The position numbers and the translations under genes were made by a program. Shown one piece after another: positions 48,901 to 61,512 of a stretch of DNA of 64,000 nt; the stretch's first letter is position 1, and every line of letters begins with the position of its first letter. This DNA is from Lingula anatina (lineage: Eukaryota > Animalia > Brachiopoda), in the NCBI GenBank assembly GCA_051362555.1, contig CM120649.1:16940567-17004566 (forward strand), in the 5' to 3' direction. The notes under the pieces are model-generated. The model was not told where the DNA came from, did not search any database, and saw nothing but the letters and a program-made list of their open reading frames with translations.

Positions 48901-51900
48901 TTCAATTATTTCATTGACTTGTAAGACATGATATGAGAAAACTGACGACGTATCACAATGACATTAATAAAAACTGAAATAAAAAGTCTTATAAAATTTT
49001 GACTGTTATTTGACATAATATCATATAACCAGTGTGCTAATGAATTTGTAGGCTATCTTAATATACTGATTCCAATACAATCAACAAATTCTTTTGGACT
49101 GCTCTATTATAAGCATGGTACTTAATCAATTTTCAATTTGCTCTGCAGCAAGGTATTATCTCTTTAACATGGGAGACACACAAATCATGGGAGTTTGGTA
49201 TCCAACAATCACTGCTACCATCTGCACAAACAACCTAATTTACTTCAACTGGCAAGAAAAAAATTCACAATTAACTCTATGAACCTAAAATGAGAAGGCT
49301 GTTCTCTGGCAGCTCTCACCTTTATCTCCAGGTATTCCAGGCAGTCCATCTCTACCCGGGCGTCCACTATCTCCTGGCTGACCTTTCTGACCACGGTCAC
49401 CCTGGGGACCCCTGAACCCTTCAGGTGTGTTACCAGGGGGGCCTTGGTTGCCTTTAAATCCCCTCTCTCCCTTGTCACCTTTCTGTCCCTCGCGTCCTGG
49501 TAGTCCATCCCGCCCTGGTTGTCCCCGTATGGACCCTCCTGGCTCTCCCTTCATCCCTGGTTCTCCCTTGGATCCCGGCTGCCCTGGGGTGCCAGGGAGA
49601 CCATCCCGACCTGATAAACCTGAGGGGAAGACAGTCAGACGGTGAGACCATTTAAAAGAAATGTGTCCTTAAAATCGACAGATGTGAATTTTCTGGTTGA
49701 AAGAAAAATGGAGACTTTCTATAAAAACTTTATATTCAACTTTTTATGTTAAGATTATTGATTGCCTTTGCTACCTCAAATACTGCTTTTTGTTTATGTA
49801 AGAAGCAAATAAATAATTTAATATAGCTTTTTGAGAGAAAAAAAATATCATTGTAATCAATACTGTAGGTACATATTCTTCCAATACAAGTAGAAAGGAA
49901 AATGAAAACTTGACGACTTCTGGGTGGTATGATGTTCCAATAAGTTAGTTTAAAATAGTTCAGTTCTCCAAAATGCCATTAAGTTTTTATGAATAATAAA
50001 ACAAACCAAAACCAAAAGGTTTTACTTTTCACACCATAAAATATTCTCCCAGCATCTGTGTTTCAGTTTTAGAAAAACTTGACATTAACAAGCCATAACC
50101 CCATGTTAATAGTCTTGACTGGTGAAATCTGGACCCAAATGACCAATCATAAAACATGGATGTATTGGACCATGTCATAAATCCGAGTTCAAAGAATTCT
50201 TTCCAACTTGGGGTAAACGAAAGGTCATGACATCTGAGAAAGGGAGAGCATGGTCAAGTGCAAGGGTCTGGTACACTAATTCAGATAAGATAGGTGTTAA
50301 AGGGAGAAATTCTTATTTTTACACACACAGTATTTCTGAGTTTTTTCTTCAAGGAGGTAAAAATCAACAGGCAATGCTGATGGACAGTGGTTTGGAGTAA
50401 CAACCTGCCTGCTGTAAGTCTACCCTTGATTGATCTCTCATAATGCTTCCCTTACTTTGTTTCACCTTTTTTTCATCTAGATGTAAAGAGTGATAGCAGA
50501 GGTCAAATTTCGAGATCAAATTTGACATCACATACTTGATCTTCCACAGTGCCACATTTTAAAGATACATAACCAAAGACTGTTTCAAATAGTCAAATGC
50601 TACAATAGTATATCAAAACAGGACTATAGACGAGACAATAACATCTTACCTCCAGGCCCTCTATCTCCCTTTTCTCCCTTGGGTCCATCAAATCCCTGTG
50701 GTCCTGGGGGTCCGGGCAGACCTGGCCCTCCACTCTCCCCTTTCATACCAATGTTTCCCGGGACTCCTTCCAGACCTGGCAGTCCTGGAGGCCCTGGTTG
50801 GCCCTTGGGGCCCTGTGGGCCTGGGGGACCTGGGGGCCCATAGTTACCTTTACCGCCCTGAAATCACGTTTTCTTGCTGTGTATATTGCATATTGAGTTG
50901 ATTTTTTGGAGTTTTATTCTAAGGACTATTCTCAAATTGTTTGACTTTTATTCAGATGACTTACTTTTCTTCCAAATATTCTAAGAGGAAAAAGGTGTAT
51001 GCATTACAGAGAAAAAATAGGAACATAAAACAATGAAAAACAAACAAATTCAAGGAAAGAGTTAAAATATATCATACTATTTTATTTTCTTTTAACTTTT
51101 CTAAATTATTTAATGATTTTCATCCATTAACCAGTAACTACTGCCAATTCAAGTCCTTGGACAATACAGGTCTGTAGCTAGCAGTTTTAAAAGTTTTTTT
51201 AAGTGGGCCATTCATCCTCTCAATTGAGCCAACTTGAGAAACCTTGATCAAATTTGGATTCATAATCGACTTTTTCTGGCCAAAACGACAGCTCTTTCAA
51301 ACTTCTGACCCGGAGACCTTCAATACTTACAGGGGGACCTGGGGGTCCTTGGTTTCCTTTATAGCCACGTGGGCCACTGGGGCCGGTATCTCCCTTCAAT
51401 CCTGGCTGGCCTGGACGCCCTGGGAACCCATCCTCTCCCCGGTCACCCTGGGGATAATAATAAATAAATTGCTTATGAAAAGTGATAAAATTATATATTT
51501 TAAACTTTCTAGTGACAATTTAAATTAGTTCAAAGGATTAAAACAGTAAAAATACATTGGATCATTTTAAAAATATAGGTTTTATAATTTTGAATGAAAA
51601 AAGATTTGCATAACTTTGATGTATACATACATTTTTTTTTTAATTTTTGTATTAAAATGAGGTATACTTACCTTGAATCCTGGCTGTCCTGCTAATCCTG
51701 GCACTCCTTCTTTACCCTGTTCATAAACATAAGCAGTATTTGAGTAGTATACCTAATTCAGCTTCTAAAGAAACAACTATAATATTTACTGTATAAGATA
51801 TCATATCAAAACACATTTCATCAAAATTCATCCGCATTATTGACATTATTTTCAATTAGCATCATGCAGATAATGAGATTTAAAATTTTAATTAATTTTA

Positions 51901-53741
51901 TATTAGTTTTTCTTATAACAATGTAGATATCGAGTTCTGAAATATGTAACACAAAGTATACTGTGTATATATTTCAAAAGTCAATGTTTACCCTAGGTCC
52001 AGCTGGTCCCGGGACACCCTTCTCTCCCTTCATACCAATAGTTCCTGGAACACCCTGGAATATCACACAATCCAATCAATGGCCACTCTTTTAGTTTAAG
52101 ATAAAACAAACAATTCAGAGCATGAAGCATGTTAAAATCATGCTCATTATAATATATCTTTCATCAGTAAATAGAAAATTGAACTACCTAAATTAAGCCC
52201 AATATATGCATGAAAACCAAATATATGAATTAATTATTTAATATGTCAACTCAAAAAAACAGAATCTAGTTATAAACTTCACTACATTCATGAAAAGATT
52301 CTACACAGAGTCAAGAAGTGCAGTCAACTTACAGGTAGTCCACTGGCACCATCAAAGCCTGCATTTCCTATAGGTCCTGGCTCACCCTACAGAGAAACAT
52401 ATTCCACAGTATAAAACACACCGTAATGCTCCATAATTCAATTTGTATGCATCTGCTTTGTGTTTGTGTACCTTTTAAGTTTAACTGCTTTCCTTTATTT
52501 CAGCAAGTACACCTTAAGAGTCTTTTACTTTTAAGTGTCATGGATAATAATTTGCAAACAGTCTTAAAATCTATCACATCTAGAAAATGGTAATAAGTAG
52601 TTCTTAATAACGCTGATTCAAAGAATGGGGTTTTAAATAATGTTCAGAAAGAGGAAAGATATATTCTTGACTATAGAAGCTGAAATGTTTGTATACTTTT
52701 CTTTCTTTAAAATGCCACAAAATCTTTTAATGAAACAAGTACACTTTTTGAGATGCAATAATGCAAAATATTTAAGTAAATTTATTCCCAGTCATTTAAA
52801 AATAAATCCTCTATCAACCCATCAATGGGACCTACTTAATACCAGAGGCAGACCACACTGGTGGGAGGATGGTGGCATTCGTTCTGTCCAATTTCAACAC
52901 CGCTTTAATTTCACATCCACCTTTGTTTTAAAACAAACTCAATGATCTGTGTGTATACATATCTCCAGCTCTTGCTGTGTACATAATGGCAGGTTTCCCT
53001 AAAGCAACCAGCTCAGACATAACAGAGAAATACACTGTATAGACTGCTGTATTTTGTTGGGTCAGGACCAATGTAAACCAACGGTGAGACAGGTGCCCCA
53101 TAGCATGGAGAAAAGGGGGGAGGGAATTCTCACAAAATTGTATCTCTTTTTTTTCTGGATAAATAAAGACTATGTTTTAGCTTGCCAATACAATATGGCC
53201 ATTATATTCTTGAGCTAGTGCAGATGTTTTCTTTTTTCAACATTCAATATGAGATCCATTCAGAAAGGGGAAAACAAGGCGAGGAATGTACAGAATATAT
53301 ATAGAGAAGAGGTTCAATGCTGTAGACTACATAAAGTGAGGTGTTTATGAATTCAATTTATTTCAAATGCCACTAACAAGAAGATGATAACCTTGGTATA
53401 TACAGTGCCAGCTATGATGTGTGGCCAATCATCACTGAGTTTATATACACATACTTTCCATGAGGAAACTCCCATAACTCAAGAGACCTGTATGGAAACA
53501 GATGCAGGAGGGGAAGAGAACAGACTGGGGGATTGTGTCATATGTACCATCTCTAAGAGGGGGAAAACTCAAGATTTAATATATCAATAAACAGGCAAAT
53601 CTTCTTACTTCAGAAATGAAAAGAAAAATTGCCACCTCTGTGAACTGCCAGGGCATATGAGGCAGCATGGAAAAACTTGGATCTAAACTTTTAACTGTGA
53701 CCTATCTCATTACCCATGCCTACACAATAACCATGGCACAT

Positions 53742-53792
<51 letters not shown>

Positions 53793-55737
53793 TAATACAG
53801 AACACTGCCTATTTAAAGTAAGCAAATAAAAAAATATCAGTATAAATCAAGTTAGTCTACTGACATTTTCCACTTTATCTACCTCTGTGAAAATGACTGA
53901 TAGTTCAGTGAAGAGTTTTAACAATGTAAAACTTTTTCCCTTGAGTTTAGGTGGGTGGGCTTGTATAACCTAGGTTTCTATCCAAGAATAGCAGCCAAGC
54001 CAGGTCACATAAACACCCAAGCAGATCAAGAACAATGGGGAACAATATGATGTAACACACGAGGGATTTCTACACACTTCTTTGTCAAAAATCAATTTTC
54101 TGTTCCACTGCTTTCCATCTGTTAAAAAGATTATGATTTCCATGTGTTTTTCAAATTTTTCTACAAATTTGGGGAATTCTTTTTGCACTTGCCTGTGATG
54201 GGTGCAAGGTTATTGGCTAAAAACGGAGGTAATGCATTACTTCTAACAGTTTTTTTCTTTTTTTTTTCTTAGTGTTTTAACATGTGACTGTGCATATGTG
54301 CATGTTTTGTTACATGGCACGTATGTGTGTGCATGTTTGTGTCCATTCAGATTGTACATGCTCCACATACATAAAATTATACATTAAAATTCCAAAGAAC
54401 TTCCCAAAATATATCTTTCAAAAATGACTTCCCAAAAACTACACATCTTATTCAACTAAAACGTACTAATGAACATCTCTTCAATCAAAATGAAAGTGAA
54501 ACTGATTCCTACCTTCATTCCCTTCATTCCCACCTCTCCCTTTGGTCCAACTATGGGCACTACCATGGAGGTATTACCAGATACGAAAGGACAAGATCCG
54601 GGGTCTCCCTTGGGACCTCGTGAACCAGCTGGCCCAGGTAACCCTGGCTGTCCCTGTCTTCCTATACCTGGGTTACCTTTATCACCTTGTGGCCCCCTCA
54701 CTCCTGGAGGACCCTGGAGTTAAAGTGAAAAACATTGTGATAACAGACCACTTCTCATTGTGTTTTACGAGGAGGCAGGGCAAAGGTTTATGATTGGTCT
54801 TTTTAAGTTAAGTGTGAACTGTTAAAAAAACTGTCACTCACAGCACAACCACACCTAACACAATGCTTACCTGGGGTCCTGGTTATACAGAGACCAGTAA
54901 AGTCACAGCCAACACACTGTCACTCACAACACAACCACACCTAACACAATGCTTACCCGGGGTCTTGGTTGTACAGAGACCAGTAAAGTCACAGCCAACA
55001 CACTGTCACTCACAACACAATCACACCTAACACAATGCTTACCCGGGGTCTTGGTTGTACAAAGACCAGTTAAGTCACAGCCAACACACTGTCACTCACA
55101 ACACAACAACACCTAACACAATGCTTACCTGGAGTCCTGGTTGTACAGAGACCAGTAAAGTCACAGCCAACACACTGTCACTCACAACACAACCACACCT
55201 AACACAATGCTTACCTGGAGTCCTGGTTGTACAGAGACCAGTAAAGTCTCAGCCAACACACTGTCACTCACAACACAACCACACCTAACACAATGCTTAC
55301 CAGGGGTCCTGGTGGTCCTTGTTCTCCCTTCATACCTGGGGAACCATTTAATCCTGAAGCACCCTAGAGAAAATAAAACACAAAACCATGTTAAATCTTT
55401 GGCAATGGGGAAGCTATATAATATGTAAAGACACCAATAACACAGCAGAGAAGACAGTGATTTCATTAATAAAAATATTTTTATTTTTTTCCCATAAATA
55501 ACTAAATAAATATGGTTTAAATAACTGGCTGAGACTTACTGGTGGTCCAGGTCGGCCATCGTATCCTGGTTCACCCTGGAATTACAAAGAAAACATACTA
55601 AAAGTTGCCTCTGACTTGCTAGTCCTATGATCCAAGTTATTAGAGGAAGGTACTATGTTTTTTTTTTACTTCTGTTTTTCTTCTGTAAATACTGTATACT
55701 GTTATGCTGTAGACTTTAGGATCAAAACTTTTTTTTA

Positions 55738-55796
<59 letters not shown>

Positions 55797-58263
55797 GGTG
55801 GAACTCTTTATAGCTTCATGTTTATCAGATATTCCATTCAAGTTATTCTGTACTGGTACATTAATTATAATGACCTCGTGAAATATAATGCATAATAATA
55901 TACAACTTAAAGGCAGCTTAACTCAATTTCTGATTTCCTACTCATTTTTTTCAAGACCTTCACAAGCATATTATATTTCAGTTCAGGCTTTAAGCTTTCT
56001 TTAATAATTACCTAACTTAGGATGTATCAATGAAAGTCTAATAAAATAATCAACTCTAACTAAATCAGTTGCTGTAGATTGGACCTAATGAGACCTAATG
56101 CAGTTCACAAATTTCCGCTGTATGGTCAGTTCAAGAGTGGCAAACAAACGCTACATTCATATGGTGGAGTTAGTCCAATGAAAATATCAGTATAGAGAAA
56201 TAACCCAGATGGGAAACAAATCTTTCAATCAAATTCATTTCCTTCTCATTTCCTCAGTATATCGGTTAATCTCTAAAGGGTCCAGTCCATTTGCCCACTA
56301 AATGTTGACACCCACACAGAAATAAAATGAATCAAATTCTATCAGCTCAATCTTTTGTTCCTAAAAAAACGATAAAATCTTTTCAATTCAAATTTTCTGG
56401 AATAGGAGGTGCTGAATGTTTATAGCTTACAAACAAGATTGTTATCTGCAATGGAGTTTGAAATATTGCATTATCTCTCTCAGGGCCACACTCCCATTAC
56501 TGACAGCCGACAGAAAAACGGTAATCAATACTTTGAAGGAAATTCTTCAGATTATTTAAGTTTATGATCACTAGTGCCCTATTTGACTGGATTTTGTCTA
56601 CTGGAAATAGGCACATTGTAGACTTCTGTCCTGATAACTTTCTGAGCCAGTTTGTACAGAGCCGGAATGAAGAAAGATTTAATACAGATTAGCTGTTACC
56701 TGGGGCTTAAATTCAAGCCCATTTTCATCAAATTTAACCAAAGGATAAACAAAACTAGATGATATTTATATACAGCAACTGATAGGGGAAAACTCCCATC
56801 CAGTTTATCAGAATTGTTTCAGGTGCTAATTATTCATCATACTCAATGCACCTTCAAAATCTGATGGTACATATTCAGTTTCTTTGTGTCCCCAAATCTG
56901 AATCAAATCACATTTTGATTTTAAGGAAATTGTCCATTTGCATATGGCAGCACAGGAATGGGTCCAAACACAAGCAAAATATGCACTAAATCATCGTAAC
57001 AGACACGTTTGATCACGGTCTTTGAAATGACAAAGCTGCCTATCAAACTAATGTAATCCTATACGAGTTCAAGCTCAGTGGCTCATTGTAACAGCATGCC
57101 AGCCTCTAATAGATACGTCTCACCACTGACACCCTGACATTTTAACATGTACAAATACCGTAACAGAATATGTTTGCATGACTTCTTTTTCTTGGATCTG
57201 TCAAATAGTAAAAAAAATTAGTCACACCCTTTCATTTTTTTCTTTTTTTCTCATTTTGCTGACTGATTTATTTTCATCTAAATAAGAAATCTGTTCAACA
57301 TGTTAAGCTGACTGTTTCAGAGAGCATTCACAACAACAATGTTGATCAGCTGACTAACAGATCCCCTGATCAAATATGGCCAACCCACTTGAAACCCCCC
57401 CAATGGACACTGAATAGATTCCCCACAGGGATTATGCAGCTAGGTTTCAAGTGGGCCAGCAATATTTGAACCACAGATTTTTTAGTTTAGAAATCAACTC
57501 TGTTGTGAATACAGCCTTACATAAGCGCCAGGCTGGTAAGCTGTGAATTGCCCCATTCACAACAGCAGACTAACAAGTCCGCAGGTCAAATATGGCCGAT
57601 CCACTTAAATGCTTCCCCATTGGAATCTATTCAGTGTCTAATAGCGCATTAGAGGGCAATCTTTTTAGTGTGTTGCCATATCTGACCCGCTGACCAGTTA
57701 GTCTAATGTTCTGAATGCAGTCAATATCTCCAAGTAGTCCAATAGAGAGAACTTTACCAGTGGACCTGAAAAGGGTTACATAACAGAAGCACTGCTGAAG
57801 TGACAACATACCTTAGCTCCTTTGATTCCCCTGTCCACTATGGCTGGTTCACCTTTCTGTCCTCTGGCTCCTGGAAATCCTGGTGGACCCTCTGGGCCAA
57901 CATCTCCTGGAAGACCAGGCAGACCTGGCTCTCCCTAGCATAAGATACTAATATTAAGGTGTATGGAATAAAGTGGTAAATTGTCTTATCGGTTTTGTGT
58001 GAGAATTAGGCTGTTTTATTGAGGAATGACAATCTTTTAAAACAACTTTTCATTCTTTATATTTTTCAATGATTGTGTTTTTAAGAACTTGTCTCAATTT
58101 TATGGTAAGTCATTTTCAGAAATCAGATCATCAGATGACATCATGACACACATACATTTTTACCTTGCAGCCATTTGGCCATGGGTTTGTTTATACTTAC
58201 CATACTGCCATTACAACCATCCAACCCTGGAATTCCTCTTGGACCCTGAGAACCATGGAGACC
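36937..58263 (-). CDS. COL4A2: Collagen type IV alpha2-like chain, 5'-partial (35 exons, about 1651 aa in window)
   Basis: Interrupted Gly-X-Y exons from 58263-58201 (7S-region GLDGCNG) onward, all with consistent splice phases (4956 nt total). NC1 domain in 38592-38401, 37929-37643 and 37194-36937 has alpha2-type signatures [40 protein letters not shown]. The Met (PMMP) and Lys (TLKAG) used for the sulfilimine cross-link are present. Candidate AATAAA at 35159-35164. Confidence 0.95.
39571..39795. mobile_element. MITE, same family as 2586-2801, in a collagen intron
   Basis: Internal sequence aligns with 2600-2790; TSD TTA at 39568-39570 and 39796-39798. Confidence 0.75.
44250..44535. repeat. 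Degenerate (TTCA)n microsatellite in a collagen intron
   Basis: Repeated ATTC/TTCA/TTTA units. Confidence 0.7.
54831..55314. repeat. 86-bp tandem repeat (about 5.6 units) containing copies of a collagen exon end and splice donor
   Basis: GCTTAC (minus-strand GTAAGC) ends at 54870, 54956, 55042, 55128, 55214 and 55300, exactly 86 bp apart. Confidence 0.9.
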
Positions 58264-58685
58264 CTGAAATACAGAACAAACACATATGATTTCATTGCTC
58301 ACCCATGTTATTTCTCCATGTTCCAATAGATAAATGGAGTCAGCAGTTTTCAATCATCTAATATATTAGAGTATATTCTTAACCATGAAATCCAAACATG
58401 TTGCTGTCTAACACACATCTGAGTCAAAAGTAACAATCCAGGTGTTCAGTTAATAACTTTACACTTAAAGAAACAAGATACATCTAAAACAGAAAACATT
58501 ATGTCAAGGAAAATTCAATACAGACTGTAGGACATAATGTCTATTAATATTCAGAAAAAAACGTGCTCAAATATATCCATATAGTTCTATATAGTCCAAC
58601 AATACCAGGAAGATATTTACACAGAATGAAGAAGGCTGAGCAAGGTTTCTACTTGTACCCCTCACATTGACTTAAAACGATATAT

Positions 58686-60782
58686 CCCAGCGGGCAAATC
58701 AACATTGAATCAATGTTGAATCAACGTTGAAACTATGTTGATATGACGTTGACTATGAAAGTTGACTCAACGTTGAACCATCAAGGTTGAATCAACATTG
58801 AGGTATCAAGGTTGACGGTCAACGTTGAAACTATGTTGATATGATGTTGACTATGAAAGTTGACTCAACATTGAACCATCAAGGTTGAATCAACCTTGAG
58901 GTATCAATGTTGAATCAACGTTGACGGTCAACGTTGAAACTATGTTGATATGACGTTGACTATGAAAGTTGACTCAACGTTGAACCATCAAGGTTGAATC
59001 AACCTTGAGGTATCAATGTTGAATCAACGTTGACGGTCAACGTTGAAACTATGTTGATATGACGTTGACTATGAAAGTTGACTCAACGTTGAACCATCAA
59101 GGTTGAATCAACCTTGAACCATCAATACCTCAATGTTGAATCAATGTTGAAATAAAGTTGAATTTGAAAATTGAATTAACGTTGATATATCAATTAGGCT
59201 ATCAGGATATTTGATTGAAATTTGCCTGATGGCTGAAGGTGTTCTCCATGATCAAGCATTTCTTGAAATAAAAAGACTCAGATCTGAAAAGGGGGGGAAA
59301 TTAGGAAAATTACCTACAAAAAAAGGTAATTTCGGAAGAAAAGGGGGGGGGGTCCAGACCCCGGGACCGGGACCAGTTTGATGCTCAGTGTAACGGACCA
59401 AAACAGCCCGAACATAAAAAAACACAAACAACAACTACTAGTAACTTAACTATGAATATAATATATTACAAACAATGAACATACACTACATACACTAACT
59501 ACATGTAATCCTATCATGTTGCATAAACTTTAACATTTGTCAAATACAGTTAAATTCTAACAGATTCGTAGACAGTTAAGTTTTGAAGACGCAATGTCAC
59601 AGTTTTACGAGTCCTTTTCTGTTAAACGTTCCTCCTGATAGTGTGGGGTTTTGAAGACGCAATGTCACCGTTTTCCATGTCCTTATCTGTTGAACGATCC
59701 TCCTGATAGTGTGGTGTTTTGAAGACGCAATGTCACCGTTTTCCATGTCCTTGTCTGTTGAACGATCCTCCTGATAGTGTGGCCTCACAAAGTACTGTTA
59801 ATAAAGTACAGTTTTTGTACTGTAAAAGTGTTACACACTGTCCACACTCACGTGTTGCATCAGATCATGTTATCCCGAGTCTCGCACTTAATAACAGTCC
59901 CGCACTTCATTTACATTATACAAGTATGCAGGCACATACGGTAATTACTCATAAAAATTAAACAACAAATTAGCTTTACTAAAATAATTATAACGTCACA
60001 TCAGGTAGTTAAGATAATTAAAAGAATACAAAAACAAAGGGTCACCAGTCTAATTTTTTTCTCACAGCTAACTTAAATTTCCAGAAAAACAGGCATTTTT
60101 GGCTTTTTCAAGCTTTTTCTTCAACCTTGAGTAAAATTTTGTCAATTTGCCATAAAGTAAGATTGGTGACCCTATGTTTTTTTTCTTTTTCTTAAAGATA
60201 ACCTGTGGAAAGTTAAAAAAAAAAAACTGACGACCGCTTTTTTCACAAAATTAATTTTAATGAAAATGGGGTAAAACCAGCGTTTCATGAGGGGTAATTA
60301 CCCCTATGCATACCTTTCTAGTGAGATAATCATTTAAAACTATTATCAAGGTTATGATTAAGGTTATAAAGTTAAGGTTGGCCCAATGTTGAGATATAGT
60401 TGATATGTCAACATTGACAAAGGGTTTACAAACACAGGTTGATTCAATGTTGAAATCCTGTTGATCTATCAACATTGAAAACTGATTGACAAAGAAAGGT
60501 AAAATCAATCTTTGAGACCCTGTTGATCTATCAACATTGACAATTGGTTGACAAGAAAAGGTTGATTCAATGTTGAAATCCTGTTGATCTATCAACATTG
60601 AAAATTGATTGACAAAGAAAGGTTAAATCAATGTTGAGACCCTGTTGATCTATCAACATTGACAATTGGTTGACAAGAAAAGGTTGATTCAATGTTGAAA
60701 TCTTGTTGATTTATCAATATTGATGGATCAATATCATCTCAACCTATCCTCAATGTTGAATCAACGTTGAGTGCCCGCTGGG
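58686..60782. mobile_element. Non-autonomous CACTA/EnSpm-like DNA transposon with subterminal palindromic arrays
   Basis: Termini CCCAGCGGGCA / TGCCCGCTGGG; 2-bp TSD AT. Left arrays of 98-109 bp and right arrays of about 123 bp, rich in TCAAC(G/A)TTGA. Internal 68-bp repeat x3 (59581, 59649, 59717). No transposase ORF. Confidence 0.8.
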
Positions 60783-61462
60783 ATACCACTAATACCAGCA
60801 CCAACGGATTCATATCAAACTTTCCCCCTCTATCTGTAAACTATAGTTGTGTGAGAAGATGCCGGTTTTCCCTTGACGGTACTGTCGCTTAAAAGGTATT
60901 TCCTGAAGAGAGTGTTTTAGGATGAATGAACAAACAATTGAGATCTAGGGGCAGTCAAGAGAAGAGGAGCAATCTTGAAGATGGTTATCATGGGAACTAT
61001 TTCTCCTTATGTCCATATAACGATCCCAAGAATATTGCACAGATGTAAGATGTTAATCATCTTCTGTGCAGTACATCAACAAAATATGAGACTAATCAGC
61101 ATTGGTCCCATTGACATTTAACATGTGTCTGCAACTGTTTCAATTAAGTTTTTCATTTCAAGATGATCCCAAGAAAAGTGGTTTGAATTTCTAACAGGTA
61201 TGAGTCAGAGAAGCTTCAAGTTGTCACCATGGGGTCCTTAGTCCTTACTGGTTCATTCCTCTTGTAAGGTTCAGAGACAGTACATTTCCATATCTGTCAA
61301 ACTAAATTTGATACCAGAGAGAATGAAATATTTTTTGTCCTGTCATTCATTGATAGGGGGAAAACTATTTGGTTGCATCTTCAACAATATAATATGGTAT
61401 ACAGACTTTGCTTTCTTTTCTATCGAACACACACACACACATCAACCCTTCGACCCTACTCC

Positions 61463-61512
<50 letters not shown>

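Noticed and set aside
40360-54723. Plus-strand Pro/Gly-rich ORFs such as [11 protein letters not shown]
   Set aside because: Antisense reading of Gly-X-Y collagen exons.
58686-59150. Regular palindromic repeats resembling a CRISPR array
   Set aside because: Units are repeated whole with no unique spacers, there are no cas genes, the context is eukaryotic, and they lie inside a TIR element.
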